A stretch of 64,000 nt of DNA from an uncultured delta proteobacterium. GTDB lineage: Bacteria > Myxococcota > UBA727 > VGSZ01. The notes beneath the pieces were generated by a model. It worked only from the letters and a program-made list of their open reading frames with translations, was not told the DNA's origin and made no database searches. The stretch is taken from NCBI GenBank assembly GCA_963775425.1, contig CAVZJB010000001.1, positions 1 through 64,000 on the forward strand, read 5' to 3'. The translations under genes and the position numbers were made by a program. This document shows, in pieces, positions 30,057-40,059 of the stretch (its first letter is position 1; each line of letters starts with the position of its first letter).

Positions 30057-30745
30057 GGGAGCCTCGCGGCGACGAGCGCCGCCAGCGCGTCGAGGACACC
30101 GTGGTCGATGCCGTGGCCGCCGGCGAAGGACACGAAGGTGACGTCGAGGCCGGCGTCCCTCAAGAGGCGCTCGAGCTCCTTGGCCGCCGCAAACGGCAGC
30201 AGGGGATCGGCGGTGCCGTGGCTCTGGAGGACCGGGAGCCCCTTGCGCCTGGGCGCGAGGGCCTTCCAGTCGCCGCGGCACAGGAGCGTGCCCGAGAGGA
30301 CGGCGAGCGCGGCGGGGGCGTCGTCGAGGCGGAGGGCGAGGTCGGTGGCGAGCATGGCGCCCTGGGAGAAGCCGCCGAGGACCACCTTGGACATCGGCAG
30401 CCCGACGACGTCCCGGGCGAGCGCGGTCACCGACTCGCGCAAGAGCCCGCGGGCCTCCGCCATCCCCTCGGGCACCTCTTCGAACAGCTCCTCGAGCTTC
30501 CCGCTGACGAGCGCGCGCTCGAAGTGCGTGACGTCGATGGGCCACCAGGCGCGGCCGAACGGCACCCCGGGGATCTCGAGCGGCGCCTCGGGGAACGCGA
30601 ACGCCACGCGCCCCGACAGCGCCGGCTGCGCCCTCAGCACCTCGGGGACGAGGCCGACGAGGTCGTCGCCGGGGGCGCCGTAGCCGTGGCAGAGCACGCA
30701 GAGCAGCTCGGGCTCTTCGACCTCGAGCACGCGGACCTTGAGCAT
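30053..30745 (-). CDS. Phospholipase/carboxylesterase (alpha/beta hydrolase)
   Basis: CHGYGAPG, GGFSQGAM, HGTADP, GGHGI. Confidence 0.9.
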   Translation of the reverse strand: MLKVRVLEVEEPELLCVLCHGYGAPGDDLVGLVPEVLRAQPALSGRVAFAFPEAPLEIPGVPFGRAWWPIDVTHFERALVSGKLEELFEEVPEGMAEARGLLRESVTALARDVVGLPMSKVVLGGFSQGAMLATDLALRLDDAPAALAVLSGTLLCRGDWKALAPRRKGLPVLQSHGTADPLLPFAAAKELERLLRDAGLDVTFVSFAGGHGIDHGVLDALAALVAARLP

Positions 30746-30865
30746 CCCTCGCGTCTACCACGCCTCAGGTGGAACGTGCGCTCGCGGCGGGCGCGCCGCC
30801 GGCGCGTGCGCGATCGGCGCGGCCGCTCCCTCCGGTCGCTGATCGGCGTGCCCCACCGCGGGCGA

Positions 30866-32050
30866 TCAGCGCGTGGATTGCGCCTGCGAGCGGAGCGCCT
30901 TGCTCTTGCCCTTGAGCGCGGCGGCCTGGGCCTCGAGCTTCTTCTCGAGCGCCTTCAGCGAGTCCACGCTCACCGTCGACGACGACAACAGGCCGGCGAT
31001 GGCCGGGTCCGTCTGCGGCGCCGTCACCTGCTCCGCGCGCACCGGCGCGGGCGGCGGCGTCACCGAGGCGAACGCCGACGGCGGCGGCGACGCCGTGCTC
31101 CCGCCGCTCTCGGGCGGCGCGGGGGACTGCGCGTCCTGCGGGACGTCGCCGAAGTCGCCGTTGCCGGCGCCGACGGTGGCGCTCGGGTCGCGCGCGTCGT
31201 TGCCGGTGGTGCTGCGCGTGGTGCCCGACGACGTCGACTGCGTCTGCGTCTGCTCCGGGTGCACCACGAAGAGCCGGCGGTCCTCCTCGTCGAACAGGCG
31301 GCTGCGGCCGACCATGCCGCTGACGTCCTTGGCGACGGCCTCCTCCTCTTCGAGCTCGCGGATGCGCTGCCGCACCGCGTGCGCCTGGCGCAGGAAGCGC
31401 GCCTCGAGGTCGCGCGCGAGGTCGGCCTTGTCGAGGAGCGTCTCGACGTCGTCGTCGGGGTGGGCCTCGAGGTCCACGCCGTCGGGCAGGGCGACGTCGA
31501 TGTCGTTGCCGAGCACGGGCAACAGCGCCTGGCGGACGGCGTCTCGTTGGGCCGCGAGCGCGCGGTAGGCGGTCACCGCCTGCGCGCGCGCGCTCGACTC
31601 CGCGGGCAGCGCCTCCACGCCGCGGCGGCGCTCGACGAGCAGCGCGTCGTACAGGCGCAAAAGCGCGGCGCCCTGCGTGGACACCGCGGACTCCGACGCG
31701 AGGAGCTGCGAGCGCGCGTGGGCGGCGGCCTCGTCGAGGGAGAGCGCGCCCTTGAGGGCGTCCTCGAGGGCGGCGCCGCGCACGCCCGCCTTCTTCTTCT
31801 TCTCGACGTCGGCGGCCGCGGCGTCGCGCTTGTTCTGCGCGCGCTGCCAGCTCTCGAGGCGCTGCTTGCGGGTCTTGAGCGCGTGGTCGACGGCGGCCTG
31901 CGCGCCCTTCAGCTCCGCGGCGGTGACGCGGCCGGCGCCGGCGATGGACGCGGCGAGCTCGGGCGCCGGCAGGGCGCGCGCGGGGGGGGCCGTGAGGCCG
32001 GCCCCGAGGAGGGCGGCGGCGGCGACCGGCAGGAGCGCGAGGCGGGGCAC
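30866..32050 (-). CDS. Exported coiled-coil hypothetical protein
   Basis: Signal peptide (VPRLALLPVAAAALLGAGL) and long helical stretches. Confidence 0.65.
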   Translation of the reverse strand: MPRLALLPVAAAALLGAGLTAPPARALPAPELAASIAGAGRVTAAELKGAQAAVDHALKTRKQRLESWQRAQNKRDAAAADVEKKKKAGVRGAALEDALKGALSLDEAAAHARSQLLASESAVSTQGAALLRLYDALLVERRRGVEALPAESSARAQAVTAYRALAAQRDAVRQALLPVLGNDIDVALPDGVDLEAHPDDDVETLLDKADLARDLEARFLRQAHAVRQRIRELEEEEAVAKDVSGMVGRSRLFDEEDRRLFVVHPEQTQTQSTSSGTTRSTTGNDARDPSATVGAGNGDFGDVPQDAQSPAPPESGGSTASPPPSAFASVTPPPAPVRAEQVTAPQTDPAIAGLLSSSTVSVDSLKALEKKLEAQAAALKGKSKALRSQAQSTR

Positions 32051-32177
32051 GGCGGTGGATCTCGCAAGCGGCGGGCCACGAGCAGGCCCGGGAAAAGCGT
32101 ACCATTCCATGCCCTTGCGAAGTGGGACCGCGCCTCACCCCCGCGGAAATCCGAGGGATCGCGGCTTTGCGGGAGCG

Positions 32178-32504
32178 TCACGGCACCCAGTACAGCGTCG
32201 TGCCGCCCTCGAGGGGGACGGCGACGGCGCGGGCGCCATCGACGACGACGGGGGCGGCGGCCTCCACCAGCGACGGGTGGTCCGGCAGCGGCGGCGCCGG
32301 CGCGCGCGCCACGAGGGCGAGCACCACCGCGGCCGCGGCCAGCGACGGCACGAAGGCGAGCGCCGCCAGCCGCGCGGCGCGCGACGGGCGCCGCAGCCGC
32401 GCGCGCAGCCGGAAGAGCCCGCCCGGCGGCGGCTCGAGCGCGGGGAACGCGCGGCTGTGCCGGGTCACGGGCGCGCCGCCGTGGTCTTCGTGCCTGGCCC
32501 TCAT
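32178..32504 (-). CDS. Putative small single-pass anti-sigma factor
   Basis: ATGA overlap with the ECF stop; LEPPPGGLFRLRARL followed by a TM helix. Confidence 0.55.
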   Translation of the reverse strand: MRARHEDHGGAPVTRHSRAFPALEPPPGGLFRLRARLRRPSRAARLAALAFVPSLAAAAVVLALVARAPAPPLPDHPSLVEAAAPVVVDGARAVAVPLEGGTTLYWVP

Positions 32505-33205
32505 CGCGCACCTCCTTCGTCGCTCGTCGGCCCGCCTGGGCGGAGCGGCTCATCGTACGTGCTCGCGGGCGCGCGCGAGCTCGCGGTCCCCGCGCGGGCG
32601 TCGGGCCCCGCGCCGTCGGCGTCCATCAGGCCACCGAGGGCGGCGCGCAACACGCCGAGCGCCTGGTGGCGGCGCGACGCCACGGTGCCCTCGGGGACGC
32701 CGAGCACCGCGCCGATCTCCTTCGCGGTCATCCCGGAGAATTCCCCGAGCACCACCACGCGCCGCAGGCGCTCGGGCAGCGCGTCCACCGCGGCGCGCAC
32801 CCGGCGGGCCTCGTCGGCGGCGTCGTCGTCGAGCGCCCGCCCCGCCGCGCGCAGGCCGTCCAGCGTCACCCAGCCCCACACGCGGCGCTGTCGACGTCGA
32901 TTGGCCGCGAGGTTCACGGCGATGCGGTACACGAGCGCCTCCACCGTCTGCGCGCGCACGCGATCGCGCATCGACCACAGCTTCGCGAACGCGTCCTGCA
33001 CGACGTCGGCGGCGTCCTCGCGGTTCCACAACCAGCGGTACACCACGTTGAAGACGCGCGGCTCGAGCCTCACGTACAGCGCCTCGAGCTGCGCCTGGTC
33101 GAACGGCGCGCTCGACGCCGCCGCGCTCGTGTCGGGCGCAGGCGGCGCGAGGGCCGCGCTCGGGGGCGCGGCGTCGTCGTCCGGTCGCGATTCGCTCGTC
33201 GTCAT
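32501..33205 (-). CDS. ECF RNA polymerase sigma factor
   Basis: DAADVVQDAF (region 2), LYRIAVN-like, LPERLRRVVVL...EIGAVLGVPEGTVASR (region 4). Confidence 0.9.
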   Translation of the reverse strand: MTTSESRPDDDAAPPSAALAPPAPDTSAAASSAPFDQAQLEALYVRLEPRVFNVVYRWLWNREDAADVVQDAFAKLWSMRDRVRAQTVEALVYRIAVNLAANRRRQRRVWGWVTLDGLRAAGRALDDDAADEARRVRAAVDALPERLRRVVVLGEFSGMTAKEIGAVLGVPEGTVASRRHQALGVLRAALGGLMDADGAGPDARAGTASSRAPASTYDEPLRPGGPTSDEGGAR

Positions 33206-33241
33206 CGCGGCCCCCTCGCCGTGGCATGGTGGTCCGCGTCG

Positions 33242-34027
33242 TCACTCGCCGTCCACCGTGGCGCGCACGATGTAGAACGCCGTGAGCGTGCCCTTGTCCC
33301 CCGCCTGCGCGAGCGCCTCGTCGCTGAGCGCCACCGACGACGCGCCGCCGAGCATCACGCCCGCCTGGCCGAGGACGAGGCTCTTGCCGACGGGGATCTC
33401 GACGCGCGCGTTGAGCGCGCCCTTCATGCGCGTGCCGCGCACGTCGATCTGGGCCACGACCTTGTCGCCGTGGAGCGACGCCGTCTGGCTCGCGTACGCC
33501 AACGAGCCCTCGACGCTGCCGCTGGAGCCGCTCTGCGACGACAGCGTCAGCCGCTCGAGGAGCGCGAGCTTCATCGGCCCCTGGCTCTTCTCGATGGCGT
33601 CGATGACGCCGGCGACCTCCGGCGCCACGTCCTTGCCCGGCGTCCCCTCCGCCGCGCGGGCGCCGGCGACGATCCAATAGTCGAGCGTCACCGTCGGCGC
33701 GCGCACCGCGGGGCTGCTGCTCAGCTTGGCGATGGCCTCGGCGATGCCCGGTTGAAAGCCCGCGGGCGCCGAGACCAGGAGCTGCCCCGACGGCGTCAAC
33801 GCCGCCGTCCCCCTCCGCGGCTGGTCCTTCCCGACCGACAGCAGGCCCTGGATGATGCCCTGGAATTCCGCGGCTTGCTCCGCGGGCACGTCGTAGGCCT
33901 TGAGCACCAACGGCTCGGCGCCGGCGACGGCCGCGGCCGCGGGCGCGGCGGGGCAGGCCGACAGGAGGGCGGCGGCGGCGAGGACGAGGGCGACGGGGGC
34001 GAGGGCAAAGTGGGGCGAGCGGGTCAT
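33242..34027 (-). CDS. Lipoprotein with secretin N-domain (NolW)-like region
   Basis: Lipobox LSAC; LKAYDV...GQLLVSAP...IAEAIAKL; GKSLVLGQ. Confidence 0.6.
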   Translation of the reverse strand: MTRSPHFALAPVALVLAAAALLSACPAAPAAAAVAGAEPLVLKAYDVPAEQAAEFQGIIQGLLSVGKDQPRRGTAALTPSGQLLVSAPAGFQPGIAEAIAKLSSSPAVRAPTVTLDYWIVAGARAAEGTPGKDVAPEVAGVIDAIEKSQGPMKLALLERLTLSSQSGSSGSVEGSLAYASQTASLHGDKVVAQIDVRGTRMKGALNARVEIPVGKSLVLGQAGVMLGGASSVALSDEALAQAGDKGTLTAFYIVRATVDGE

Positions 34028-34184
34028 GGGGTCTCCGTGGGTTCGGGCTTCGACCCCTTCCTACACGCGACCCGCGCGGATCCTTCACGCGGCCGGATCA
34101 GCGGCGCCGGAGGCAGCGGCCGCGCTTGATCGGCGCCGGACAAGCCTCGTTGTCGAGGCAGGATCCGTCGGCTAACCCGTCGCC

Positions 34185-35666
34185 ATGGCCTCATCGGAGA
34201 CTGGCTTCTTCGCGCGCGTGGTGCCGCCGGCGGACACGCCCGCGCCGCGCTGGCACGTGTCGCCCCTCGTCGACCTCGCCGCGTACCACTACAGTTGGCT
34301 GTTCATCCTGGTGCCGCTCGCCTTGAGCGGCGACCGCCACCCCAAGGACTACCTCGGCATCTTCGCGTTCGGCATGACGCTGTCGCTCTGCCACCGCTAC
34401 TACACCCTGCCGTACGTCTTCCTCGACAAGCAGGTCTTTCAGCAGCACGTCACCCGCTTCACGCTGTTCTTCTACCTGTTGAACCTCGGCGGCGTCGCCT
34501 CGGCCTTCTTCTTCAAGTTCCGGGCGCCCAAGGGCTTCTACCTGCCCGTCGACGTCGCCATGGCCCTCGCCGGCCTCACCCTCGTCATCCAGTGCGTCGT
34601 CGCCGATCGCCGCGGCCACCGCTTCTCGGTGCGCGCGCTCGTCGCGGTGGCCGCGCCGTTCACGCTGGCGGTGGCGCTCGGGCTCGGCGGGGTGTTCACC
34701 GCGCACCACGAGGCCGTCGCCGTCGTCGTCAGCGTGCTGTTCGCCGCCGCGGGCGTCGTCGTCGCCCTCGAAGACCGCCCGCGCTTCCTCCTCGCCGCCG
34801 CGCCCGCCGTCGCCGCCGGCGCGGCCGTCGTCACGGTGCTTTTGCACGCACCCACGCTCGCCGAGGGGCGCGTGAAGGGCAGCGCCATCGTCGGCATCGT
34901 CGGCGTCGTCGCCGCCACGTGGAACGTCTGGCACACGCTCATGCAGAAGTTCGGCATCATGCGCGTGTACGCGGCCAAGTCGCCGGTCCCCGTCGAGAAG
35001 CGCACGCCGCCGTGGGTGGATCGCCTCTTGATCTTCGGCTCCTTCCCGCTGCTCGCGGTGTGGATCGGGCCATCGCAAAGGGAGACGCTCCTGCACCAGT
35101 CCCGGTCGGTGACGCAGTACCTGATGCCGCTCGTCGACGGTTTCGCGGTCGCGCAGCCCTACCTGCTCGTGCCCTTCGGCCTGTTGTCCGCGGCGTCCCT
35201 CGGCTTGTTCGTCTGGTACGAGCGCCGCGCCGACGGCTTCACAGGTTGGCCGCGCGTGTCCATGGCGCTCGCGCTCACCTTGTTGAACGCGAGCTTCCTC
35301 GTGTTGAGCCCGCTCAAGGTCTACATCGCGTACGGCTTCTCGCACGCCGTCGAGTACATGGTGTTCGTCTGGGCGTTCCTGCGTCGCCGCTACGCCAGAC
35401 CGCTGGCGCACGAGCCGCTTTTGCAGAAGGCGCTTCGGCGGCCGTGGCTCGCGTACGGCGTGTTCACGCTCACCATCGGCCTCACGTTCTTCGTCACGCA
35501 GTACGGGCCCAAGCTCGGCTTCGTCGAGCACGGGGGCTTCTCGGTGTTCGGCGTGAAGGTGTCGGCGTGGCTGTTCTCGTTCGCCATCTGGCAGTCGCTG
35601 GCGCACTTCTACTTCGACGGGTTCCTGTGGAAGATGCGCCTGCCCGCCGTGCGAGCGAGCCTGTGA
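34185..35666 (+). CDS. Polytopic membrane protein with conserved His motifs
   Basis: Many TM helices; WNVWHTLMQKFG, SHAVEY, AHFYFDGFLWK. Confidence 0.75.
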   Translation: MASSETGFFARVVPPADTPAPRWHVSPLVDLAAYHYSWLFILVPLALSGDRHPKDYLGIFAFGMTLSLCHRYYTLPYVFLDKQVFQQHVTRFTLFFYLLNLGGVASAFFFKFRAPKGFYLPVDVAMALAGLTLVIQCVVADRRGHRFSVRALVAVAAPFTLAVALGLGGVFTAHHEAVAVVVSVLFAAAGVVVALEDRPRFLLAAAPAVAAGAAVVTVLLHAPTLAEGRVKGSAIVGIVGVVAATWNVWHTLMQKFGIMRVYAAKSPVPVEKRTPPWVDRLLIFGSFPLLAVWIGPSQRETLLHQSRSVTQYLMPLVDGFAVAQPYLLVPFGLLSAASLGLFVWYERRADGFTGWPRVSMALALTLLNASFLVLSPLKVYIAYGFSHAVEYMVFVWAFLRRRYARPLAHEPLLQKALRRPWLAYGVFTLTIGLTFFVTQYGPKLGFVEHGGFSVFGVKVSAWLFSFAIWQSLAHFYFDGFLWKMRLPAVRASL

Positions 35667-35667
35667 G

Positions 35668-36336
35668 CTAGCGCAGCGCGCAAGCGGCGACGGCGACGCC
35701 GAGGAGGGCGCCGCCGCTCGCGGCGGCCATGACGTCGCGGGTCGTTCCGCCGAGCCCGTACGCGCGCAGCGCGGCGCACGCGCCGGCACCGACGACGGCG
35801 CCGACGACGACGGCGACGAGCGCGCGCACGTGAAAGGGCGGCGCAGGAGCGGCCCGGCGTGACACGGGTGGGGCGAGGGCGACGCCGGCGACGACGACGG
35901 CGACCCCCACCGGCGTGCCGAAGCGGTTGATTGCGCGCCACGGGACGAGGGCGTGCAGCGCGCCGTCGTGCTCGGCGAGCGCGTCCCACAAGACGTGCAG
36001 CGCGGCGCCGACGACGAGGGCGGCGACGACGTCGACGAGCCCCCGCGCCCGCAGCCTGCGGGTCAAGGCGGGGGCGAAGCGCGCGCCGAACCACGGCGGG
36101 AGCGCGCGCGCGAGGCCGGGGCCGGCGACGTCGAGGAGGGCGACGAGCGCGAAGCCCGCGACGACGCCGGCCAGGAACACGGCGCCGGGGTGCGGGTGGA
36201 GGCGCTCGGTCGCGGACAGCGTCGCGAAGTATTCGAAGTCCGCGCCGACGGTGCCGCACACGAGCGCAGCCCCGTCGAGGCGGCGCACGCGCGCGAGCGG
36301 CACGACGGCGGCAGGGTGGACGAAGGCCATGGCCAT
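35668..36336 (-). CDS. DUF4184-like membrane protein
   Basis: [39 protein letters not shown]. Confidence 0.6.
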   Translation of the reverse strand: MAMAFVHPAAVVPLARVRRLDGAALVCGTVGADFEYFATLSATERLHPHPGAVFLAGVVAGFALVALLDVAGPGLARALPPWFGARFAPALTRRLRARGLVDVVAALVVGAALHVLWDALAEHDGALHALVPWRAINRFGTPVGVAVVVAGVALAPPVSRRAAPAPPFHVRALVAVVVGAVVGAGACAALRAYGLGGTTRDVMAAASGGALLGVAVAACALR

Positions 36337-36372
36337 GGTACGGTCCGCCCCAGATCATCCGAGGAGAGCGAC

Positions 36373-37347
36373 ATGGCAACCGTGCTCGAGCAGCTCAAGG
36401 CATTCACCGTCGTCGTGGCCGACACCGGCGACTTCGAGTCCATCAAGAAGTTCCGTCCCCGCGACGCCACCACCAACCCGTCGCTCATCAAGGCCGCCGC
36501 GGACCTGCCCCAGTACCAGAGCGTCGTCGACAACGCGCTCAAGTGGGCCAAGGCCGAGTCCAAGGACAAGTCGGCCAAGGCCGTCACCGGCCTCGCGCTC
36601 GATCGCCTCGCCGTCGAGTTCGGCACCGAGATCTTGAAGGTGGTCCCCGGCCGCGTCTCCACCGAGGTGGACGCGCGCATCAGCTACGACACCGACAAGT
36701 CCATCGAGAAGGCGCGCTTCCTCATCGGCATGTACGAGAAGGGCGGCATCAAGCGCGACCGCATCCTCATCAAGCTCGCCTCCACCTGGGAGGGCATCCG
36801 CGCCGCGGAGGTCCTCGAGAAGGAAGGCATCCACTGCAACCTCACGCTGCTGTTCGGCTTCCACCAGGCCGTCGCCTGCGCCGAGGCCGGCGTCACGCTC
36901 ATCTCGCCGTTCGTGGGCCGCATCCTCGACTGGTACAAGAAGTCGACGGGCAAGGACTCGTTCCCGGCGCCCGAAGATCCCGGCGTGCTGTCGGTGACCA
37001 AGATCTACAACTACTACAAGAAGCACGGCTACAAGACCGAGGTCATGGGCGCGAGCTTCCGGAACGTCGGCGAGATCACCGAGCTCGCGGGCTGCGACCT
37101 CCTCACCATCGCGCCCAAGCTCCTCGCCGAGCTCGACGGCATGACCGAGGACCTGACGCGCAAGCTCGATCCCAAGATGTCGGCCGAGCGGGCCGGGGAC
37201 AAGATCCACGTCGACAAGGCCACCTTCGACAAGATGCACGCCGAGGACAAGATGGCCAACGACAAGCTGAAGGAAGGCATCGAGGGCTTCAGCAAGGCCA
37301 TCGTCGAGCTCGAGGCGTCCTTGGAAAAGCGCGTCGCGCAGCTTTGA
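36373..37347 (+). CDS. tal: Transaldolase
   Basis: [38 protein letters not shown]; RBS GAGGAG. Confidence 0.97.
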   Translation: MATVLEQLKAFTVVVADTGDFESIKKFRPRDATTNPSLIKAAADLPQYQSVVDNALKWAKAESKDKSAKAVTGLALDRLAVEFGTEILKVVPGRVSTEVDARISYDTDKSIEKARFLIGMYEKGGIKRDRILIKLASTWEGIRAAEVLEKEGIHCNLTLLFGFHQAVACAEAGVTLISPFVGRILDWYKKSTGKDSFPAPEDPGVLSVTKIYNYYKKHGYKTEVMGASFRNVGEITELAGCDLLTIAPKLLAELDGMTEDLTRKLDPKMSAERAGDKIHVDKATFDKMHAEDKMANDKLKEGIEGFSKAIVELEASLEKRVAQL

Positions 37348-37400
37348 TCGGCGCGGCCGCTCCTCCGCTCGCATGATGGGCTGATCGGCGCGGGCGCGCG

Positions 37401-37883
37401 TCACTTGCGGGTGAGGACCTCGGTGTCGTCGTCGATGCCATCGAGGCCCTCCATCTCGTCGAGGACGTCGACCTCGTCGAGCATCGCCTGGATCTCGGCC
37501 ATCACGTGCGGCGGGATGAGGTCGGCGGCGGTGCCCGAGATGGTCGGCTCCCCGGGCGCGGGCGGCTCCCACATCGACGGCGGCACCGGCTCCCGCGTCA
37601 CCTCGACGATGCCGGCGAGCCGGACGAGCCCGCGGTCCCACAGAGACCCCACGGCGATGACGAGGTCGGCGGCGCTCAAGCCGCACTTCTTGCGCACCCG
37701 CGCCACGGGTCGCACCCCGTCGATGAGGCCGGCGACGTGCCGCTCGAACGGTGGCAGGTCGGCCGGCAGCTCCGCCGACACCGCGAGCACCGCGTCGGGG
37801 CGGAACAGCTCCTCGCGCCGCGCGGCCTCCTCGAGCGTCGCCGGCCGGATGCGCCCCGTGACCCGTGCCCCTTGCTTCATCAT
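37401..37883 (-). CDS. Hypothetical protein, possible winged-helix fold; paralog of 38723-39250
   Basis: HVAGLIDGVRPVARVRKKCGLS...RGLVRLAGIVE; DLIPPHVMAEIQAMLDE. Confidence 0.7.
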   Translation of the reverse strand: MMKQGARVTGRIRPATLEEAARREELFRPDAVLAVSAELPADLPPFERHVAGLIDGVRPVARVRKKCGLSAADLVIAVGSLWDRGLVRLAGIVEVTREPVPPSMWEPPAPGEPTISGTAADLIPPHVMAEIQAMLDEVDVLDEMEGLDGIDDDTEVLTRK

Positions 37884-37946
37884 GACGATCTACGCTCGAG
37901 GCGCCGCCGCGCGATCCCGCGCGCCAACCGCCGGCACGAGGTCACC

Positions 37947-38699
37947 GTGGTCGCGCTCGCCCTCGCATGCATCGTCGTCCTTCAGATCCCCCCCGGCGCG
38001 CACAAGGAGCCCGCCGGCTTCGTCGCCGGCACCCCCGAGGGGAGCTTCGCCGCGGCGTGGCGCGCCCTCGGACGCACCCACAACGCGTGCGACGACAGAG
38101 ACCTCGGCTACGACTACTGGCCCGACGGCGGCATCCGCAACTTCTACTGCCACGCGCTCAGCGTCATGTCGTGGCGCGCGCTCCTGAAGCTCGCCCCGAT
38201 GAAGCCGTGGCTGCGGGGCCCCCACGGGCGGTGGAAGGAGGGCAAGCTCGCGCTCCACGATCGCCACGACTTCGGCCGCTACAACCCCGCCTTCGTGCGC
38301 TGGCTCGTCGACAACGCCGTGCCCGCCGCCGGCGACGCCGAGCTCCGCGAGGAGACGCAGCCGCTGTACGACGCCGACGTCAAGAAGCTCGCGCGCGTCT
38401 ACTTCGTCGTCTACCGGCACATCGAGGCGCGGCCCGCGTGGAAGAAGCGCGAGCGCGCGCTCTACCTGAAGACCATGGACGAGAAGAACCCGGACTGGGG
38501 CTCGTTCTACGACAAGTACTCGGAGCTGCTCGGCGACGCCGGCCACGACTGGGGCGGCTACGACCCGAACCTCCAAAGCGCCGCCGCGGCCTTCTGGCTG
38601 CGCCGCGACGTCGACGGCACGGCGCCGTTGTTCTTCGAGGGCCTCGACAAGCTCCTGCGCACCTACGACGCCGCCTGGCGCAGCGCGCACGAGCGCTGA
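37947..38699 (+). CDS. Secreted hypothetical protein
   Basis: Hydrophobic N-terminus; aromatic-rich globular sequence (GPH...FGRYNPAFVRW; FWLRR). Confidence 0.7.
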   Translation: MVALALACIVVLQIPPGAHKEPAGFVAGTPEGSFAAAWRALGRTHNACDDRDLGYDYWPDGGIRNFYCHALSVMSWRALLKLAPMKPWLRGPHGRWKEGKLALHDRHDFGRYNPAFVRWLVDNAVPAAGDAELREETQPLYDADVKKLARVYFVVYRHIEARPAWKKRERALYLKTMDEKNPDWGSFYDKYSELLGDAGHDWGGYDPNLQSAAAAFWLRRDVDGTAPLFFEGLDKLLRTYDAAWRSAHER

Positions 38700-38722
38700 C
38701 GCGGAGCCGGGCCGGCCGCGCC

Positions 38723-39250
38723 CTACGGGTCGGCGTCGTCCGGGAGGGCCGTCTCGGTGGTGATCTCGTCGTCGAAGGCGTCGGCGGCGCCCTCCTCGTC
38801 GGCGCGCTTGCGCTCCTCCTCGTCGATCATCGACTGGATCTCGTCCATGACGTGCGGCGGGATGACGTCGCCGGCGCCCTTGGGCACCGTCGCGTCCGTG
38901 GGGTACTCGGCGCGATCGGTGCCCCAGGGGATGAACGCCTGCTCCACCACGCCGACCAGCTCCAGCAGGCCGCGGGTGTGCAGCATGCCGAGCGCGACGC
39001 GCAGGTCCTCCGAGGACAGGCCGCTCTTCTTGCGCAGCCGCGCCACGGGGCGAAAGCCGTCGATGGTGCCGGCGACGTGGCTCTCGACGGCGCTCACGTC
39101 CGCCGGCAGCGCCTCGGTCAGCGCCAGGACGGAGTCCGCGCGAAAGAGCGTCTCGGACGAGGCGCGCTCCGCCGCGGTGGGTCTGCGCGTGCGCCCGACC
39201 CGCGTCTCCTTGCTCTCGCCGTCGAAGAGGTCGTCGTCTCCGGTTCCCAT
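38723..39250 (-). CDS. Hypothetical protein, possible winged-helix fold; paralog of 37401-37883
   Basis: HVAGTIDGFRPVARLRKKSGLS...RGLLELVGVVE; DVIPPHVMDEIQSMIDE. Confidence 0.72.
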   Translation of the reverse strand: MGTGDDDLFDGESKETRVGRTRRPTAAERASSETLFRADSVLALTEALPADVSAVESHVAGTIDGFRPVARLRKKSGLSSEDLRVALGMLHTRGLLELVGVVEQAFIPWGTDRAEYPTDATVPKGAGDVIPPHVMDEIQSMIDEEERKRADEEGAADAFDDEITTETALPDDADP

Positions 39251-39272
39251 CGCCGTTCTCCGCCGCGAGAGT

Positions 39273-40055
39273 CTATGCCATCCAGACATCGCCGGCGCGA
39301 ACGGTGTGCGACGCGCCGGCGTCGTCGACGAGGACGAGCGCTCCTTCTTCGTCGATGGCGTGGGCCAGGCCGGTGACGCCGTCGACGGTCACGCGGCGCC
39401 CGAGCGTGGCGCTGCGTGCGCGCAGCTTCGCGAGCGTGGCGCCGAAGTCGTCGCGCGCGCCCGCGAGGGCGTCCGGCATGCGCGCGCGCACCGCGGCGAG
39501 CACGTCGCCAGCGCCCCCGGAGAAGCCTGCGTCGGCGAGGGCCCCCGCGGTGTTGGCGATGTCCTCCGGCCAACCCTCCGCCGGCGCCTTCACGTTGACG
39601 CCGACGCCGAGCACGCACGTGTCGAGCAACGCGCCCATGCGCACCACCTCGATCAAGACGCCGCCGACCTTGCGAAACGGGCCGAGCCGCCCGGCGGCGG
39701 CGCCGGCAGGCGCGCGGATGACGAGGTCGTTCGGCCACTTGACGAGCGCCTCGACGCCGAGCGCCGACAGCGCGTCGAGCGCGCCGGCGGCGGCGCCGAG
39801 CGTCAGGCGCGGCGCGTGGCGCGCGGCGCAGCGTGGGTGAAGCACCACCGAGAGCGCGAGCCCTTCGGCGGGCGCCAACCACGCGCGTCCGAGGCGGCCG
39901 TGCCCCGCCGTCTGGCGCGCGGCGACGACGCAGGTGCCGTCGGGCACGCGCTCGGCCATCTCGCGCGCGGCGATCTGCGTGGAGTCCACCTCGTCGAGCC
40001 GAACGACGGGCGCTCCCTCCCACGAGTCGGTGCGGGGCGGCGGCGAGGAGCGCAC
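39273..40055 (-). CDS. birA: Biotin-[acetyl-CoA-carboxylase] ligase
   Basis: EVDSTQ, QTAGHGRLGRAW, KWPND, KVGGVLIE, GVGVNV. Confidence 0.9.
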   Translation of the reverse strand: MRSSPPPRTDSWEGAPVVRLDEVDSTQIAAREMAERVPDGTCVVAARQTAGHGRLGRAWLAPAEGLALSVVLHPRCAARHAPRLTLGAAAGALDALSALGVEALVKWPNDLVIRAPAGAAAGRLGPFRKVGGVLIEVVRMGALLDTCVLGVGVNVKAPAEGWPEDIANTAGALADAGFSGGAGDVLAAVRARMPDALAGARDDFGATLAKLRARSATLGRRVTVDGVTGLAHAIDEEGALVLVDDAGASHTVRAGDVWMA

Positions 40056-40059
40056 GACG

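Noticed and set aside
29525-34129. Very long ORFs such as 29525-34129 (+), 2176-5238 (-), 46973-50596 (-), 57474-60749 (+) and 15663-18596 (-)
   Set aside because: Arg/Ala/Gly/Pro-rich shadow frames overlapping well-supported genes; expected from stop-codon scarcity at very high GC.
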